The notes beneath the pieces are model-generated. The model did no database searches and was not told where the DNA came from. It saw only the letters and a list, made by a program, of their open reading frames with translations. Position numbers and translations under genes: made by a program. From assembly GCA_019359535.1 (NCBI GenBank), contig JAHHHE010000003.1, forward strand, positions 3,109-67,108: 64,000 nucleotides of DNA, read 5' to 3'. Origin of the DNA: Gloeocapsa sp. UFS-A4-WI-NPMV-4B04. Its GTDB lineage: Bacteria > Cyanobacteriota > Cyanobacteriia > Cyanobacteriales > Chroococcidiopsidaceae. Position 1 is the first letter of the stretch, and every line of letters starts with the position of its first letter. Below, one piece after another: positions 62,873 to 64,000 of this stretch.

Positions 62873-62936
62873 TAAAGGAAGTTAGAGCGACATCGTAGCA
62901 CTTTAGTGTTAGTAAAAAAACACAGATAATTTGTTT

Positions 62937-64000
62937 CTACGGCTGTTCGGCGATCGCAGGTGATTCTTTTTTCAGTACAACTCGTTCGCCGTAACTTAAT
63001 AACTTTTCTACACTAGCAAGACGATTTAACCAGACTTTGACTTGATAGGGATTCTCTAAAGCTTGTAAACGCATCCAGTCATAAAATTGTGACTGGTAGG
63101 TTGTAAGCGATGCTCTTGCCACTGCTAACCGCCGGGGAGAGGGATCGGCGGAAAGCTGATTTAAGGCAGTTTCTAGGGCTTTTGATTGAGTGCGCCAAGA
63201 CGACAGTGCTGAACCGCGCAGCCAAAGTTGATTGTTACCTAAAAGAAAATTCCATTCCTGTTGTAAGGTAGTGTAACGGGCAGCAGCAGTCTCGAAAGGC
63301 TGGCGGTAAGGAATCGGGCCTTGAGGTCTACTTGTAGTGCTTCCTTGAGTACGCTGGAAGAGACTTTGTAGCTCATTGCTAAGGTTTTCTACAGCAAACA
63401 AAGAATAGCCACTAACTGGCAAGTCTCTTGCTAGCTGAATTTGATCAACTGCTACTGATACAGGCAAATTTAATAGGCGAATCCCCGGTAAAATCAACGC
63501 CGATCCTAATTTAGTTGAAGTGAGCCAGGGTTGGGTGAGGAGTTGGAAGCGATAAGTATCAGTTGCATAAGTCATCGGAACAATTAAATTCACATCACCA
63601 CGATTTGCCCAGACTTCCCAGTGTTGTTGCAACTTATGGATGCGCTCGTGTTCTGAAAGCGGAAAAACGGCAACCGACATAATCAAGTTCGGGCGCTTTT
63701 GCCGTAGCCGTTCAGACGCGATCGCTACAAAGGAATCAATTTGCCCAGTGCGAAATTGCGTCCATTTTTGCCATAAAACGCGAGCGCTTGGGCGAATCTG
63801 TGTTGGATCTGCCCCAGTTAATTGCTGAAACTGTTGACGTGCTGCCATTCCATAGCCATAGGTACGTCCAGCACCCGGATCTTGGAAGGGATAACGAATA
63901 TAGTCTAGTTGCAAGCCATCTACTTGATAGCGGCTGACAATTTCATCAAAAAGCTGGAGTAAGTATCGACGCGCCTCTGGATTAGCTGGATCTAAGAAAG
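62937..64000 (-). CDS. Glycoside-hydrolase-like family 10 (GHL10/DUF187, YngK-like) protein, 5' end beyond the window
   Basis: The frame stays open upstream of the track start (…PEARRYLLQLFDEIVSRYQVDGLQLDYIRYPF). The LDYIRYP motif is typical of this family. Confidence 0.7.
   Translation of the reverse strand, partial: FLDPANPEARRYLLQLFDEIVSRYQVDGLQLDYIRYPFQDPGAGRTYGYGMAARQQFQQLTGADPTQIRPSARVLWQKWTQFRTGQIDSFVAIASERLRQKRPNLIMSVAVFPLSEHERIHKLQQHWEVWANRGDVNLIVPMTYATDTYRFQLLTQPWLTSTKLGSALILPGIRLLNLPVSVAVDQIQLARDLPVSGYSLFAVENLSNELQSLFQRTQGSTTSRPQGPIPYRQPFETAAARYTTLQQEWNFLLGNNQLWLRGSALSSWRTQSKALETALNQLSADPSPRRLAVARASLTTYQSQFYDWMRLQALENPYQVKVWLNRLASVEKLLSYGERVVLKKESPAIAEQP

Overview
This is a cyanobacterial chromosome segment. 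GCGATCGC (HIP1) palindromes are very dense, tandem heptamer repeats of the STRR type are present, and the gene order is cyanobacterial. From 0.7 to 18.7 kb lies an intact ribosomal-protein supercluster: rplCDWB-rpsS-rplV-rpsC-rplP-rpmC-rpsQ-rplNXE-rpsH-rplFR-rpsE-rplO-secY-adk-infA-rpmJ-rpsM-rpsK-rpoA-rplQ-truA-rplM-rpsI-rpmE-prfA. The rest is housekeeping: an ABC-F ATPase, gpmI, secG, recO, deoC, a Mn/Zn ABC transporter, an amino-acid ABC transporter, lipB, hpf, a peroxiredoxin, murA and two tRNA-Leu genes. Small, visibly AT-richer accessory islands interrupt it. (i) 18.7-23.2 kb holds a DUF2887/Rpn-like nuclease, an orphan dynamin-like GTPase and a Phd/RelE toxin-antitoxin (TA) pair. (ii) 33.0-35.1 kb holds a GmrSD-like DUF262+DUF1524 enzyme. 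(iii) 43.7-44.2 kb holds a ParE TA pair. (iv) 47.6-56.9 kb holds a type I-D-like CRISPR-Cas locus with 38 repeats. (v) 61.4-62.9 kb holds a small island next to tRNA-Leu. There are two main observations. First, the CRISPR-Cas locus has the I-D architecture (divergent WYL regulator, cas3', cas6, cas4, cas1, cas2, array) but lacks the interference core cas10d-csc2-csc1; only 36 bp lie where those genes should be. Second, seven accessory genes each carry a single inactivating lesion: five in-frame stop codons and two frameshifts. I saw no such lesion in any of the roughly 60 housekeeping CDS. All calls come from reading the sequence and the ORF translations by eye. No database search was run.
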